Notes under the pieces: generated by a model
What the model saw: the letters and a program-made list of their open reading frames with translations, nothing else
What the model was told of the DNA's origin: nothing
The model's database searches: none
Origin: an uncultured delta proteobacterium
GTDB taxonomy: Bacteria > Desulfobacterota > Binatia > UBA9968
Assembly: GCA_963771465.1 (NCBI GenBank)
Contig: CAVYTU010000012.1
Span: 192,001-256,000, forward strand
Direction: 5' to 3'
Length of the DNA: 64,000 bases
Shown: positions 42,623 to 51,978 of the stretch, in pieces
Position numbering within the stretch: the first letter of the stretch is position 1
How the letters are laid out: every line of letters begins with the position of its first letter
Position numbers and translations under genes: made by a program

Positions 42623-43627
42623 ATGATGTTTTCGAAAAGACCGATCATTCGAGTAATCGCGCTTGCTTTTGTGGTCGCAATTCTTGGCTCTCAAGCCGAG
42701 GCGGCCGAGCTCACGCCGGCGAACGTTCGCTTGGATTTCATTATCGGCGGTAAGCACGCCCCTTGGTACGTCGCGTTAGACAAGGGCTTTTACGCCAAGC
42801 GTGGCCTGGCCGTGACGATTCAATCGAGCACTGGCTCGGCGGATACCGTGCGCACGATTGGCTCGGGCGGCGCCGACTTCGGCTTCGCCGATATCGCAAC
42901 CATGATGGTCGCCAAATCCCGCGGCGCGCCGGTGCAGGCGGCGGCGCAGTTCGGTTACGTCGGCGCGACGATTATGTGGCGCGATGAGGGGATCATCAAA
43001 GGGATCAAAGATCTCGAAGGCAAATCTTTGGCGATCAGTCCAGGACAGGCGCAATGGTTCTTGATGCCGGCCTACGCTCGGGTCAACAAGATCGACTTCA
43101 AAGCGATCAAGATTCAAGAAACCGCGCCGCCGATCCAGCCAGCTGCGCTGGCGACGAAGAAAGCCGATTTTATCATCATGTTCCGCGCCTCGAACGATGA
43201 AGTCGCCGAGATGGCGGCTTCCAAGGTCGGAGTTAAGCTTAAACGGGTGTTCATGAAGGACACCGGATTGGATATCTACGGTACCAGTCTGATCGTCAAG
43301 GATGACGATATCAAGAAACGGCCGGAGTTCGCCCGGGCCTACGTCGAGGCGACGTTGGAAGGGTTGCGCTACGCGCGCGACAATCAGGAAGAGGCGCTGA
43401 AGATTTTGCTCAAGCATAAACCCGAGCTCGATTCGGTGCTGACGACCGTGCAATTAAAAAATGCCCTGACCGAAGTATTCTTGCCGCTGGAATCGGTCAA
43501 CGTCGGCTTGGGTTTCATGAAGCCGGAGATCATGGAAAAAACCGTCAAGGTGGTCAACGAGTACTTCGACGTCGGCCGCAAGGTGACGGCCAAAGAGGTT
43601 TATACTAACCAGTTCATCAAGCGCTAA
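42623..43627 (+). CDS. ABC substrate-binding protein (NMT1/THI5-like)
   Basis: Signal peptide; HAPWYVALDKGFY, DLEGK. Confidence 0.87.
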   Translation: MMFSKRPIIRVIALAFVVAILGSQAEAAELTPANVRLDFIIGGKHAPWYVALDKGFYAKRGLAVTIQSSTGSADTVRTIGSGGADFGFADIATMMVAKSRGAPVQAAAQFGYVGATIMWRDEGIIKGIKDLEGKSLAISPGQAQWFLMPAYARVNKIDFKAIKIQETAPPIQPAALATKKADFIIMFRASNDEVAEMAASKVGVKLKRVFMKDTGLDIYGTSLIVKDDDIKKRPEFARAYVEATLEGLRYARDNQEEALKILLKHKPELDSVLTTVQLKNALTEVFLPLESVNVGLGFMKPEIMEKTVKVVNEYFDVGRKVTAKEVYTNQFIKR

Positions 43628-43647
43628 ATTTTCATAGTCAATTTACC

Positions 43648-44439
43648 GTGCCGCCGCTGATCGCCATCGAGGAAGTCTCGCGAGTTTTTACCAGCGGCGC
43701 CCGCACTGTCCTCGCGCTGGATAATGTATCGTTCGAGATTCAGGCCGGCAATTTCGTTTCCATCGTCGGCCCGAGCGGCTGCGGCAAGAGCACTTTGCTC
43801 AAGATTATTTCCGGCTTGATGCCCGCCTCCTCCGGTAAGGTCACGGTTAATAGTCAACTTGTCCATGGTCCACTGGAAAATGTCGGTATGGTCTTCCAGG
43901 CGCCGGTGCTGTTGAAGTGGCGCTCGGTGCTGGGCAATATTCTATTGCCGGTAGAATTCGCCAAACGCGATGTCGCCGATTACACCGCCCCAGCCCGCGC
44001 GTTGATAAATCTGGTCGGATTGGATGGCTTCGAAGAAATGTATCCGCACGAGCTCTCCGGCGGCATGCAACAACGCGCCTCGCTGTGCCGCGCCCTGGTG
44101 ACCGATCCGCAACTGTTGCTGATGGACGAGCCGTTCGGCGCGCTCGACGCCATGACGCGGGACGATCTCGATATCGAGTTATTACGCATCTGGGAAGAGC
44201 GCAAGAAAACCGTGTTGTTCGTCACCCATAGTATTCAGGAAGCGGTGTTTCTCTCCGACTTGGTCTTCGTTATGTCGGCTCGACCGGGAAGACTGATAGA
44301 AACGATTGCGGTTGACTTGCCACGGCCGAGAACGATGGAAATGATGAGCACGGCGAAATTCGGCGAATACACCCTCAAAATTCGCGCGCTTCTGGCCGCC
44401 AGCGGAGCTTTGGGTTCGAAAGCCGGCTCCACCATGTGA
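43648..44439 (+). CDS. ABC transporter ATP-binding protein (NitT/TauT)
   Basis: GPSGCGKST, LSGGMQQR, MDEPFGALD. Confidence 0.92.
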   Translation: MPPLIAIEEVSRVFTSGARTVLALDNVSFEIQAGNFVSIVGPSGCGKSTLLKIISGLMPASSGKVTVNSQLVHGPLENVGMVFQAPVLLKWRSVLGNILLPVEFAKRDVADYTAPARALINLVGLDGFEEMYPHELSGGMQQRASLCRALVTDPQLLLMDEPFGALDAMTRDDLDIELLRIWEERKKTVLFVTHSIQEAVFLSDLVFVMSARPGRLIETIAVDLPRPRTMEMMSTAKFGEYTLKIRALLAASGALGSKAGSTM

Positions 44440-44517
44440 ATTTTTCTCGCCGGTGGGCTATCATAGCAATTAAGTCGGCAGCAGCCCGCCGAAGCCGTTT
44501 CCTAGAAAAGATAAATA

Positions 44518-45555
44518 ATGTCTCAAGGACTCACCTATGCCAAGGCCGGCGTTAGTATCGTAGCAGGCGATGAACTTGTGCGACGCATCGGGCCCATCAC
44601 CCGACGGACCAAAGTTCCCGGCGTGCTCTCCGGGGTCGGCGGTTTTAGCGCGCTGTTCGATCTCAAACCGCGCGGCTACCGCCAGCCGATTCTCGTCGCT
44701 TCGACGGACGGTGTTGGCACTAAACTGAAGATCGCGTTCATGACCGGTGTGCATGACACCATTGGGATCGACTTGGTCGCCATGGGCGTCAACGATATTC
44801 TCACCCAAGGAGCGGCGCCGCTGTTTTTCTTGGACTACTTCGTCTGCGGCAAGCTCGACGTGAAAATTACCACAGCGGTGGTGCGTGGCATCGCTGCCGG
44901 CTGTTTACAAGCGGGTTGCGCCTTGATCGGCGGCGAGACCGCCGAACATCCCGGCGACTTTCCCAAAGGCGAGTACGACCTCGCCGGCTTCGTCGTCGGC
45001 GTGTTGGAAAAAAAGCAAATCGTCGATCCAAATTCCATCGTCCCCGGAGATATCTTGGTCGGCATTCCCTCCAGCGGGCTGCATAGCAACGGCTATTCGC
45101 TGGCGCGCAAAGTTTTGCTCGAACGCGGCCGCTTGAAATTATCCCGGCGAATTCCTGAGCTGGGCCGAAAGCTTGGCGCGGAGTTGCTCGAACCGACGCG
45201 CATCTACGCCACCATCACGCGCCGATTGTTTGCCGACTTCGACATCAAAGGCGCGGCGCATATCACCGGCGGAGGCATTACCGGCAATCTGCCGCGCGTT
45301 TTGCCGCCGGGACGGCGCGCGGTGATCGAGCGCGGCAGCTGGCCGGCGCCGCCGGTGTTCGCTCTAATTAAAAAAATTGGTGCGGTCGAGCAGGCCGAGA
45401 TGGACTCGACGTTCAATAACGGTCTCGGCATGATTCTCGTTGTCAGCACAAAGCAAGCCGACGGCGTCGTGGGCACGCTTAAATCGATGGGCGAGCAAGC
45501 TTTCATTATCGGCGAGATCCGCAAAGGAGCGCGCGGCGCCACGCTGCGCGGATAG
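44518..45555 (+). CDS. purM: Phosphoribosylformylglycinamidine cyclo-ligase
   Basis: TDGVGTK, GGETAE, SSGLHSNGYSL, AHITGGG. Confidence 0.97.
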   Translation: MSQGLTYAKAGVSIVAGDELVRRIGPITRRTKVPGVLSGVGGFSALFDLKPRGYRQPILVASTDGVGTKLKIAFMTGVHDTIGIDLVAMGVNDILTQGAAPLFFLDYFVCGKLDVKITTAVVRGIAAGCLQAGCALIGGETAEHPGDFPKGEYDLAGFVVGVLEKKQIVDPNSIVPGDILVGIPSSGLHSNGYSLARKVLLERGRLKLSRRIPELGRKLGAELLEPTRIYATITRRLFADFDIKGAAHITGGGITGNLPRVLPPGRRAVIERGSWPAPPVFALIKKIGAVEQAEMDSTFNNGLGMILVVSTKQADGVVGTLKSMGEQAFIIGEIRKGARGATLRG

Positions 45556-45560
45556 GAAAT

Positions 45561-46220
45561 ATGGCGCGGCAGGTTTCGATCGGGGTACTGATTTCCGGCG
45601 GCGGAACTAATTTGCAATCGATCATCGACGCCATCGAGGCGAAACAGCTCGACGCCAAAATACAATTTGTCCTGAGCAACAAAGCGGACGCTTACGGCCT
45701 GGTGCGCGCCAAGAACCACGGGATTCCGACCGAAGTGCTCGATCACAGATCGTTCCCGAGCCGCGAAGCCTACGACCAAGCCGTCGTCGATTTGCTGCAT
45801 GGGCGCGGCGTTGAACTGGTCGTGCTCGCCGGTTTCATGCGACTGCTCTCGCCGGTGTTTATCAAAGCTTATTCCAATCGGATCATGAACATTCATCCGG
45901 CCTTGCTGCCGGCGTTTGCCGGTTTACAGGTGCAGAAGAAAGCGCTCGAGCACGGCGTGCGCTTCGCCGGCTGCACGGTGCATTTCGTCAATGAAGAGTG
46001 CGACGAGGGGCCGATCATCATTCAAGCCGTAGTGCCGGTTTTTACCGACGATACCGAGGCAGCGCTGATGGCGCGCATTCTCAAACAAGAGCACAAAATT
46101 TATCCCCGGGCAATTCAGCTCTACGCCGAAGGCCGTTTGCGCGTCGTCGGACGGCGCGTTTTTGTCGATGGTGCTGGCAAAGATGAAGCTCAGGTTCTCA
46201 TCGAACCGCCGTTGGCTTGA
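45561..46220 (+). CDS. purN: Phosphoribosylglycinamide formyltransferase
   Basis: ISGGGTNL, LAGFMR, NIHPALLP, GCTVHFV, DEGPII. Confidence 0.97.
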   Translation: MARQVSIGVLISGGGTNLQSIIDAIEAKQLDAKIQFVLSNKADAYGLVRAKNHGIPTEVLDHRSFPSREAYDQAVVDLLHGRGVELVVLAGFMRLLSPVFIKAYSNRIMNIHPALLPAFAGLQVQKKALEHGVRFAGCTVHFVNEECDEGPIIIQAVVPVFTDDTEAALMARILKQEHKIYPRAIQLYAEGRLRVVGRRVFVDGAGKDEAQVLIEPPLA

Positions 46221-47200
46221 TGAAGATCTCCAAAGCGACCTTGATATTTTTCGCTAAGATCCTAGTTAGCGCCGGGTTGTTGGCGTTTTTTCTTTCGCGC
46301 ATCGACGTGAGCCAGTTTTGGGGCACACTGCTCGCCGCCGATGTCCGCTACGTCGGCGTCGCGCTGGCCGCCTATCTCGTTTGTCAATTTATCGGTGCGC
46401 TGCGCTGGACCGTGTTGTCGCGGCCGTTGGGTTTTACCATGGGACTCAGCGGCATGACCGCCTATTACTTTATCGGTATGTTTTTTAATTTGTTCGCGCC
46501 AGGAACGGTCGGCGGCGACCTCAGCAAGATTTATTATCTCACTCTCGACGGTCAAAAAGCAGGGGAAAGGAGCTGGTCGGCGGCGACCTTGCGCGCGACG
46601 GTTTCGGTGGTGGCTGACCGCGCGGTCGGCATGTTCGTGTTGGTTTGGTTGGGTGCGATCGGGTTGTTCTGGTTTTCCCAGTATGCGGTTCCCGCTCCTG
46701 TTCGCTCTGTGACTTTCGCTCTAGCAGCGGCTTTGTTAGTTGGCGGCATCTGCTTGCCCTTGGCAACCCGGTTTCTGCCCCATGACAGCCATCCGCTGAT
46801 CGCCAAATTGCGCGTGGCACTGCAGAGCTACGGATCAGGATTCGGCGCGATTCCGGTGGCGCTGCTGTTGTCTGTCGTCGTCCACCTCATTCAAGCCTGG
46901 ATGCATGTCGTGATGGGCAAGGCGCTCAATCTTGAAATCCCGTTTACCTTCTGCCTGATTCTCTACCCGTTGGTTGGAACGTTTGCGGCGATTCCAATCA
47001 GTTTCAACGGCATCGGTTTGCGCGAATCGGGTTATCTTTTTTTGCTCAGCGCGATCGGTGTCAGTTCAGAAAAGGCGGTCGCCTTCGGTTTACTGCTGTT
47101 TATGATCGTGGCACTTGATAGTTTGTTGGGCGGCCTACTTTTCTTGTTGAAGCGCAAAGAGAGTGCGGCGATTGTTAACGCCGGCGCTCAATTCAAATAG
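46220..47200 (+). CDS. Lysylphosphatidylglycerol-synthase TM domain (flippase-like, YbhN) protein
   Basis: RW, FFNLFAPGTVGGD, DR, PISFNGIGLRE. Confidence 0.83.
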   Translation: MKISKATLIFFAKILVSAGLLAFFLSRIDVSQFWGTLLAADVRYVGVALAAYLVCQFIGALRWTVLSRPLGFTMGLSGMTAYYFIGMFFNLFAPGTVGGDLSKIYYLTLDGQKAGERSWSAATLRATVSVVADRAVGMFVLVWLGAIGLFWFSQYAVPAPVRSVTFALAAALLVGGICLPLATRFLPHDSHPLIAKLRVALQSYGSGFGAIPVALLLSVVVHLIQAWMHVVMGKALNLEIPFTFCLILYPLVGTFAAIPISFNGIGLRESGYLFLLSAIGVSSEKAVAFGLLLFMIVALDSLLGGLLFLLKRKESAAIVNAGAQFK

Positions 47201-48540
47201 TGACGAAAGATCGTTGCCAGCCCAAGAAATGAGAGAAAGCCAAAGGCATCGGTCAGCCCGGTGACGATGATGCCGGACCCTAACGCGGGGTCGAGCTTCA
47301 AGGATTTTAACAGCAACGGAATCACCGCGCCGGCGACTCCCGCCATTAGTCCAAGATTGAGAATCATCGCGCCCGCGAGCACCAGTCCGAAATAAGGATT
47401 GCCCTTCCAGATGAACGCGGCCACGGCGATTACCGCCCCGGCGGCGAGGGCGATGCAAATACTGACCGACACTTGTTTGACCACCGCTTTCCATGCCGAG
47501 GAGAATTCCAACTCGCCCAACGCGATTGCGCGTATCATGACCGTCGCCGTCTGCGTCGCGCCATTACCGCCGACGCCGGCAACCACGGGCATGAAGGTGA
47601 CCAAGGCGATGATGTCGTGCAAGGTGTTTTCGAAGATACCGACAACGGAGGCGGCCAAGGTCGCGGTCAGGAGATTCAACATCGTCCAGGGAAGCCGCAT
47701 TCTGACCGAGCGCGAAACCGGTGTGAACACGCGGTCTTCCTCGGTCAAGCCGACCATCTTATACATGTCCTCGGTGCTTTCCTGGTTGATGATATCGATC
47801 ACATCGTCGACCGTGATGATCCCTTCCAAGCGGCCGCCTTCGTCGACGATCGGCAGAGCGAGCAGCTCGTACTTGCTGACCAAACGCGCCGCTTCTTCTT
47901 GATCCATGAAGACGTTGGCTTTGACCGGGTCGGCGATCATCATTTCACTCAGCGTGCGCGCGGGCGGCGCGATGACGAGATTGCGAATCGGCACGACGCC
48001 GACCAATTTACCCGCGTCGTCGACGACGTAGAGATAGAAGAAGGCCTCTAACTCGCCGCGCTCGCGAATCTTGTCGATGGCGCCTTGGGCGGTGGTGTCG
48101 GGCGGCAGCGCCATGAACTCCGTCGTCATCAAGCGGCCGACGGTGCCTTCGGGATAGTTGATAATTTCCCGCACTGCGGCGCGCCGCTCGGGATCTAGCA
48201 AGCCCATGACGTGCTCGCGCCGCTCATCCGGCAGGCTATCGATAAAAGTCACGGCATCGTCGGGATCGGCGCGGACGATCAAGCGGCCGACTTTTTCGTC
48301 GTCGATCAAGGCGAGAATATCGGGCAACAACTCAGGCGGCAGCTCTTTGAGCGTCTTGGCGGCGCGCCGCGACGAGAAGAGAATGTCGAAGAGCTGGCGA
48401 ATTTCCGCTGCTTCCAGCCCTTTGAACAGCAAGGCGATATCGGCGGGATGGCTCTTGCCGATGAACCGCAGCACACGATCCGGCGTTGCCGTGCGCAACA
48501 TCTCGCGCACTGTATCGTAGTCGATGGGAGCCGGTTTCAT
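47188..48540 (-). CDS. mgtE: Magnesium transporter MgtE (paralog 2)
   Basis: HPADIA, CBS pair, RLPW, GGNGATQ, DPALGSG...TD. Confidence 0.95.
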   Translation of the reverse strand: MKPAPIDYDTVREMLRTATPDRVLRFIGKSHPADIALLFKGLEAAEIRQLFDILFSSRRAAKTLKELPPELLPDILALIDDEKVGRLIVRADPDDAVTFIDSLPDERREHVMGLLDPERRAAVREIINYPEGTVGRLMTTEFMALPPDTTAQGAIDKIRERGELEAFFYLYVVDDAGKLVGVVPIRNLVIAPPARTLSEMMIADPVKANVFMDQEEAARLVSKYELLALPIVDEGGRLEGIITVDDVIDIINQESTEDMYKMVGLTEEDRVFTPVSRSVRMRLPWTMLNLLTATLAASVVGIFENTLHDIIALVTFMPVVAGVGGNGATQTATVMIRAIALGELEFSSAWKAVVKQVSVSICIALAAGAVIAVAAFIWKGNPYFGLVLAGAMILNLGLMAGVAGAVIPLLLKSLKLDPALGSGIIVTGLTDAFGFLSFLGLATIFRHYLN

Positions 48541-48567
48541 GTCAATCCCGAAGGCCTCAGTTGAAAA

Positions 48568-48759
48568 CGAAGCAGCGAGTGAGGCGTGATCCTTCCATAG
48601 TGAAGACAATGGCCCTCTGCCCCTGAGTGGTCAATGATCGTCGGTGTCGGGGGAAATTTCCGTGCGTCCATCGGAATGGCTTGCCAAGCATACAAAATGA
48701 CTTTGTAATCGTAGCGTTGGGTGTCTTCACTACTCCAGGATCGCGCCTCGCTCACTTCG
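48568..48759 (-). ncRNA. Candidate structured ncRNA or leader, copy 2, in the 5' UTR of mgtE
   Basis: Same closing stem and inner arm as copy 1; lies between a putative promoter and the mgtE ATG. Confidence 0.55.
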
Positions 48760-48788
48760 GATTTTGGCTTAACCTCTCCGCCGATGGG

Positions 48789-48825
48789 GTCGTTACTTCA
48801 TAACGACAGGCTGTGAGTTTTGCAA
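48789..48825 (-). promoter_or_regulatory. Putative promoter for the element plus mgtE, with overlapping palindrome
   Basis: Minus strand TTGCAA-17-TATGAA; GTCGTTA-CTTCA-TAACGAC inverted repeat (48789-48807). Confidence 0.4.
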
Positions 48826-48910
48826 ATGTAGAGTCGATTTTGGCCGTGTTTCACTGCATGGGAAAAATTTGCTAGTGTACGAGACGGGGTGGCGACAGCG
48901 ACTCGGTCCC

Positions 48911-50347
48911 ATGAAACACTACCAACGCATCTGCCAGGTCATTCGGGATAAGCCCAGAGGATTTTTTCTTTTGCCGATCTCGGTGCTCGCGTTGTGCGCC
49001 GAACTGTACGCTGCAAGTTTGGCGGCATTGGACGGCACTCGGCCGCCGTCGTTTGCGGCGATTGCCAAAAAAACCATGCCCGTGGTGGTCAATATTTCGA
49101 CGACATCGCAGCGTTCGCCGCGCTCCGGGTCCAACGACCCCATTGAAGATTTTTTTAACCGTTTCTTCGGTGAAGCGACGCCCAAAGAAAACAATCAGCG
49201 CAGTTTGGGTTCGGGCATCGTGATCAGCAAGGACGGCGAGATACTGACCAATTACCACGTCGTGCGCAACGCCGACTCGATCAAAGTAAAACTGGCCAAT
49301 CAAACCGAATATGAAGCGCGGCTGATCGGCAAGGACGACCGCACCGACTTGGCGTTGATCAAGCTTCGCCGATCGGGCGGCAATCTGCCTTTCGCACGAT
49401 TGGGATCATCGAGTCAGATCGACGTTGGCGATTGGGTGATGGCGATCGGCAATCCGTTCGGTCTGGAGCATACGGTCACCGCCGGCATCGTCAGCGCCAA
49501 AGGCCGGGTCATCGGTGCCGGTCCGTATGACAGCTTCATACAGACCGACGCTTCGATCAATCCGGGCAATAGCGGTGGACCGCTGATCAACGCCGATGGT
49601 GAAGTGATCGGTGTTAACAGCGCGATTTTCAGCCAGTCCGGTGGCAACGTCGGCATCGGTTTCGCGATCCCTATCGATTTGGTGAAAAAAGTCACCGACC
49701 AATTGCGCAAGCATGGCAAAGTCGTACGCGGCTGGCTCGGTGTGCGGGTCCAGGACGTCATGCCCACTCTTGCGACGTCGGTCGGCCTGACGCGAAACCC
49801 GAACGAGACTGCGCTGGTGACGGAAGTCGCCGACAAAAGTCCGGCGGCGGAAGCGAGCGTCAGGACCGGCGACATCATCGTCGAATTTAACGGCAAGCCG
49901 GTGCCGAAGAGCCATGACTTTCCCAGCGTGATCGCCGACACCCCACCCGGCCAGAAGGTGACACTGAAAATCTTCCGCGACAAGAAAGAACAAGTGGTCA
50001 GCGTGCGTATTGGCGAGCTGGCCGAGGATAGTGAAGCCAATCAGCAGGCGGAGGCGCGCGACCCGGAGCTCGGATTACGCGTTCAACGGATCACGCCGGA
50101 AACGGCGCGCCGCTTGGGGCTCGCTTCGGCTAAGGGCGTATTGGTCGTCGAAGTTCAGCCGGGCAGCCCGGCCGATCAAGTCGGCATCGAGCCGGCGGAC
50201 GTGATTCGCGAAGTCAACCAGCGCGCGGTCAGCAACGTGAAAGAGTTCGAACGCGCGACGCGCCAGGGGCGGCGCGGCGATCGGATCTTGCTCCTTGTGC
50301 AACGCGGCGATAACGCGGTATTCTTCGCCGTGAAGCGTAAGAGTTAG
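48911..50347 (+). CDS. DegQ/HtrA (Do family) serine endoprotease
   Basis: LGSG, TNYHVV, TDLA, INPGNSGG, two PDZ domains. Confidence 0.95.
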   Translation: MKHYQRICQVIRDKPRGFFLLPISVLALCAELYAASLAALDGTRPPSFAAIAKKTMPVVVNISTTSQRSPRSGSNDPIEDFFNRFFGEATPKENNQRSLGSGIVISKDGEILTNYHVVRNADSIKVKLANQTEYEARLIGKDDRTDLALIKLRRSGGNLPFARLGSSSQIDVGDWVMAIGNPFGLEHTVTAGIVSAKGRVIGAGPYDSFIQTDASINPGNSGGPLINADGEVIGVNSAIFSQSGGNVGIGFAIPIDLVKKVTDQLRKHGKVVRGWLGVRVQDVMPTLATSVGLTRNPNETALVTEVADKSPAAEASVRTGDIIVEFNGKPVPKSHDFPSVIADTPPGQKVTLKIFRDKKEQVVSVRIGELAEDSEANQQAEARDPELGLRVQRITPETARRLGLASAKGVLVVEVQPGSPADQVGIEPADVIREVNQRAVSNVKEFERATRQGRRGDRILLLVQRGDNAVFFAVKRKS

Positions 50348-50355
50348 GAGGAAAC

Positions 50356-50550
50356 ATGTTTGGACTTGGCGTACCGGAATTGATGGTCATACTTGTGATC
50401 GCGCTGGTGATATTCGGGCCGAGCAAGCTGCCCCAAATCGGCAGTGGACTGGGCAAGGCGATCCGTGATTTCAAGAAAGGCGTTACCGAGAACAACGATG
50501 AGGAAGCCGGCAAGGAAGCGAAGAAGGATCCTAAAGACCTGCCGCGATAA
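50356..50550 (+). CDS. tatA: Twin-arginine translocase TatA/E subunit
   Basis: MFGLGVPEL..ILVIALVIFGPSKLP..G..LGKAIRDFK; AGGAGG RBS. Confidence 0.95.
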   Translation: MFGLGVPELMVILVIALVIFGPSKLPQIGSGLGKAIRDFKKGVTENNDEEAGKEAKKDPKDLPR

Positions 50551-50768
50551 TTTATTCGACCATTCTGGATATTATTAACTACCAACCACCGCCCGCGCGT
50601 TGCAGTTGCCCACCGCGGTCGCAGAATAATCGCGCCGAGCGCGTTCTCGCCGTTCGATCCGAAACTGCTATTCGATCTCGAGCCCGCCAACGCGTCAAAG
50701 TTTAGCGTGAAAAATCGATTGCGCTAAGGCTCAACCACGCAATCCATTATGTGATTTTTATCGCACGC

Positions 50769-51428
50769 CTAGAGTTCCCGGGTTAGGTAACGGTCGCCGG
50801 GCTCTTTTCTGGCAAGCACCACGGTGTAGAGGGAAGTCTTGTTGATTTTGTAGACCTTCTCGATGGTGAGGCCGGTTGTTTTGATGAACGGTTTGAGTTG
50901 GAGATCGGTGCGCCAACCCAGCCAGCGAGTCAGCGGGTCCATGGCTCGGGTGAGTGTGCCCAGCACCGGAACATCGGTGGTGAAGTGATTGACGATGACA
51001 ATCCTACCGCTCGGTTTGCAGACCCGTTTGGCCTCGGCGATCATGCGCACCGGATCGGGAACCACGGTGACGACATGGAACGCCATGACATAATCGAAAC
51101 TATTATCGGGAAACTTGAGATCGAGGGCGTTCATCTCGATGACTTTGAGATGGCGCCAGCCGTTGTCGGCGATTTTTTGCCGCGCCCGCGCGAGCATGTC
51201 GGGTGCCAAATCTATGCCGGTAATATTGCAATGCGTAGGATAGGCTGGAAAGGAAGTGCCGGTGCCGGCGCCGACTTCGAGAACCTGCGCGCCCGGCGGG
51301 ATGTATAGATCCTCGATGACCTGTTCGAGCCGATTGTAGAAAATCTTGCCGAAGATGCGGTCGTAGAGCGGGGCGAACTCCGAATAGAGTTTGCTCTCGT
51401 GCGCCTCGATGTCAGCTATTTTCCCCAC
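50769..51428 (-). CDS. Class I SAM methyltransferase (PmtA phospholipid N-methyltransferase-like)
   Basis: VLEVGAGTG, GIDL, VVTVVPDP, IVIVNHF. Confidence 0.8.
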   Translation of the reverse strand: MGKIADIEAHESKLYSEFAPLYDRIFGKIFYNRLEQVIEDLYIPPGAQVLEVGAGTGTSFPAYPTHCNITGIDLAPDMLARARQKIADNGWRHLKVIEMNALDLKFPDNSFDYVMAFHVVTVVPDPVRMIAEAKRVCKPSGRIVIVNHFTTDVPVLGTLTRAMDPLTRWLGWRTDLQLKPFIKTTGLTIEKVYKINKTSLYTVVLARKEPGDRYLTREL

Positions 51429-51448
51429 CCCCGGCGAACCTCCCGTTG

Positions 51449-51643
51449 CTAGGCGTCGCGAATTTCCTTGGGCTGCTTTTTGAAGAAGAGCGAGATGTCG
51501 CGCCGGCGAAATCTCCACTGTTTACCTTTTTTGAAAGCGGGCAAAATATTTTTGCGGGCGAATTCATTGACCGTGTCGGGGCTCATGTCCAAAATCACGG
51601 CGACTTGTTTGCTGTTCAATAACTCCTCATCGCGTTCCAACAT
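51449..51643 (-). CDS. Small helix-turn-helix protein (HTH_17, excisionase-like)
   Basis: LLNSKQVA.IL.MS..TV..FAR...LPAFK.GKQWRF; GGAG RBS. Confidence 0.85.
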   Translation of the reverse strand: MLERDEELLNSKQVAVILDMSPDTVNEFARKNILPAFKKGKQWRFRRRDISLFFKKQPKEIRDA

Positions 51644-51978
51644 GGCGTCTCCCTGAAGCAAATTTTCGCTGCCCGTAGGTAAAAAGTTTTTCTTATCTAA
51701 CAAGTTCACCTTGGGCTGTCAAGGCAAGAACGTAACACAAAAACGCGCCGGGTCGATAAGAATTTTACGCTTGGGAGTAGCCACTGGCGCGCCGCGCGGT
51801 TTTGCCGTTTCGAAATTGTTCCTAAAGTAAGAGATACCGTTTATAGCCGGCAAACGCAACGTTACCATCCCTTGCGCGTATATCTAACTTCCTCTAGCAT
51901 GAGCCGCAATCGGCGCGGTGACGAACGACCGCCGCTGCGGTTGCGGTCTTGCGAGATTCTCGGCGACGCGCGCTTATC

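Noticed and set aside
40120-48759. Composite transposon bounded by the two repeats
   Set aside because: No transposase or recombinase, the enclosed genes include housekeeping purM-purN, and no target duplication is evident.
48568-48759. Canonical M-box (ykoK), lysine or yybP-ykoY riboswitch, or canonical 6S RNA
   Set aside because: Only short word similarities (GAGGC..TCCTG, ACGCTRC); the hallmark conserved blocks were not found by eye, so no family name is assigned.
51772-51830. yybP-ykoY riboswitch (GGGAGTAG start)
   Set aside because: No CGTCAACA or GAGACC elements follow, and the downstream gene is not a metal transporter.
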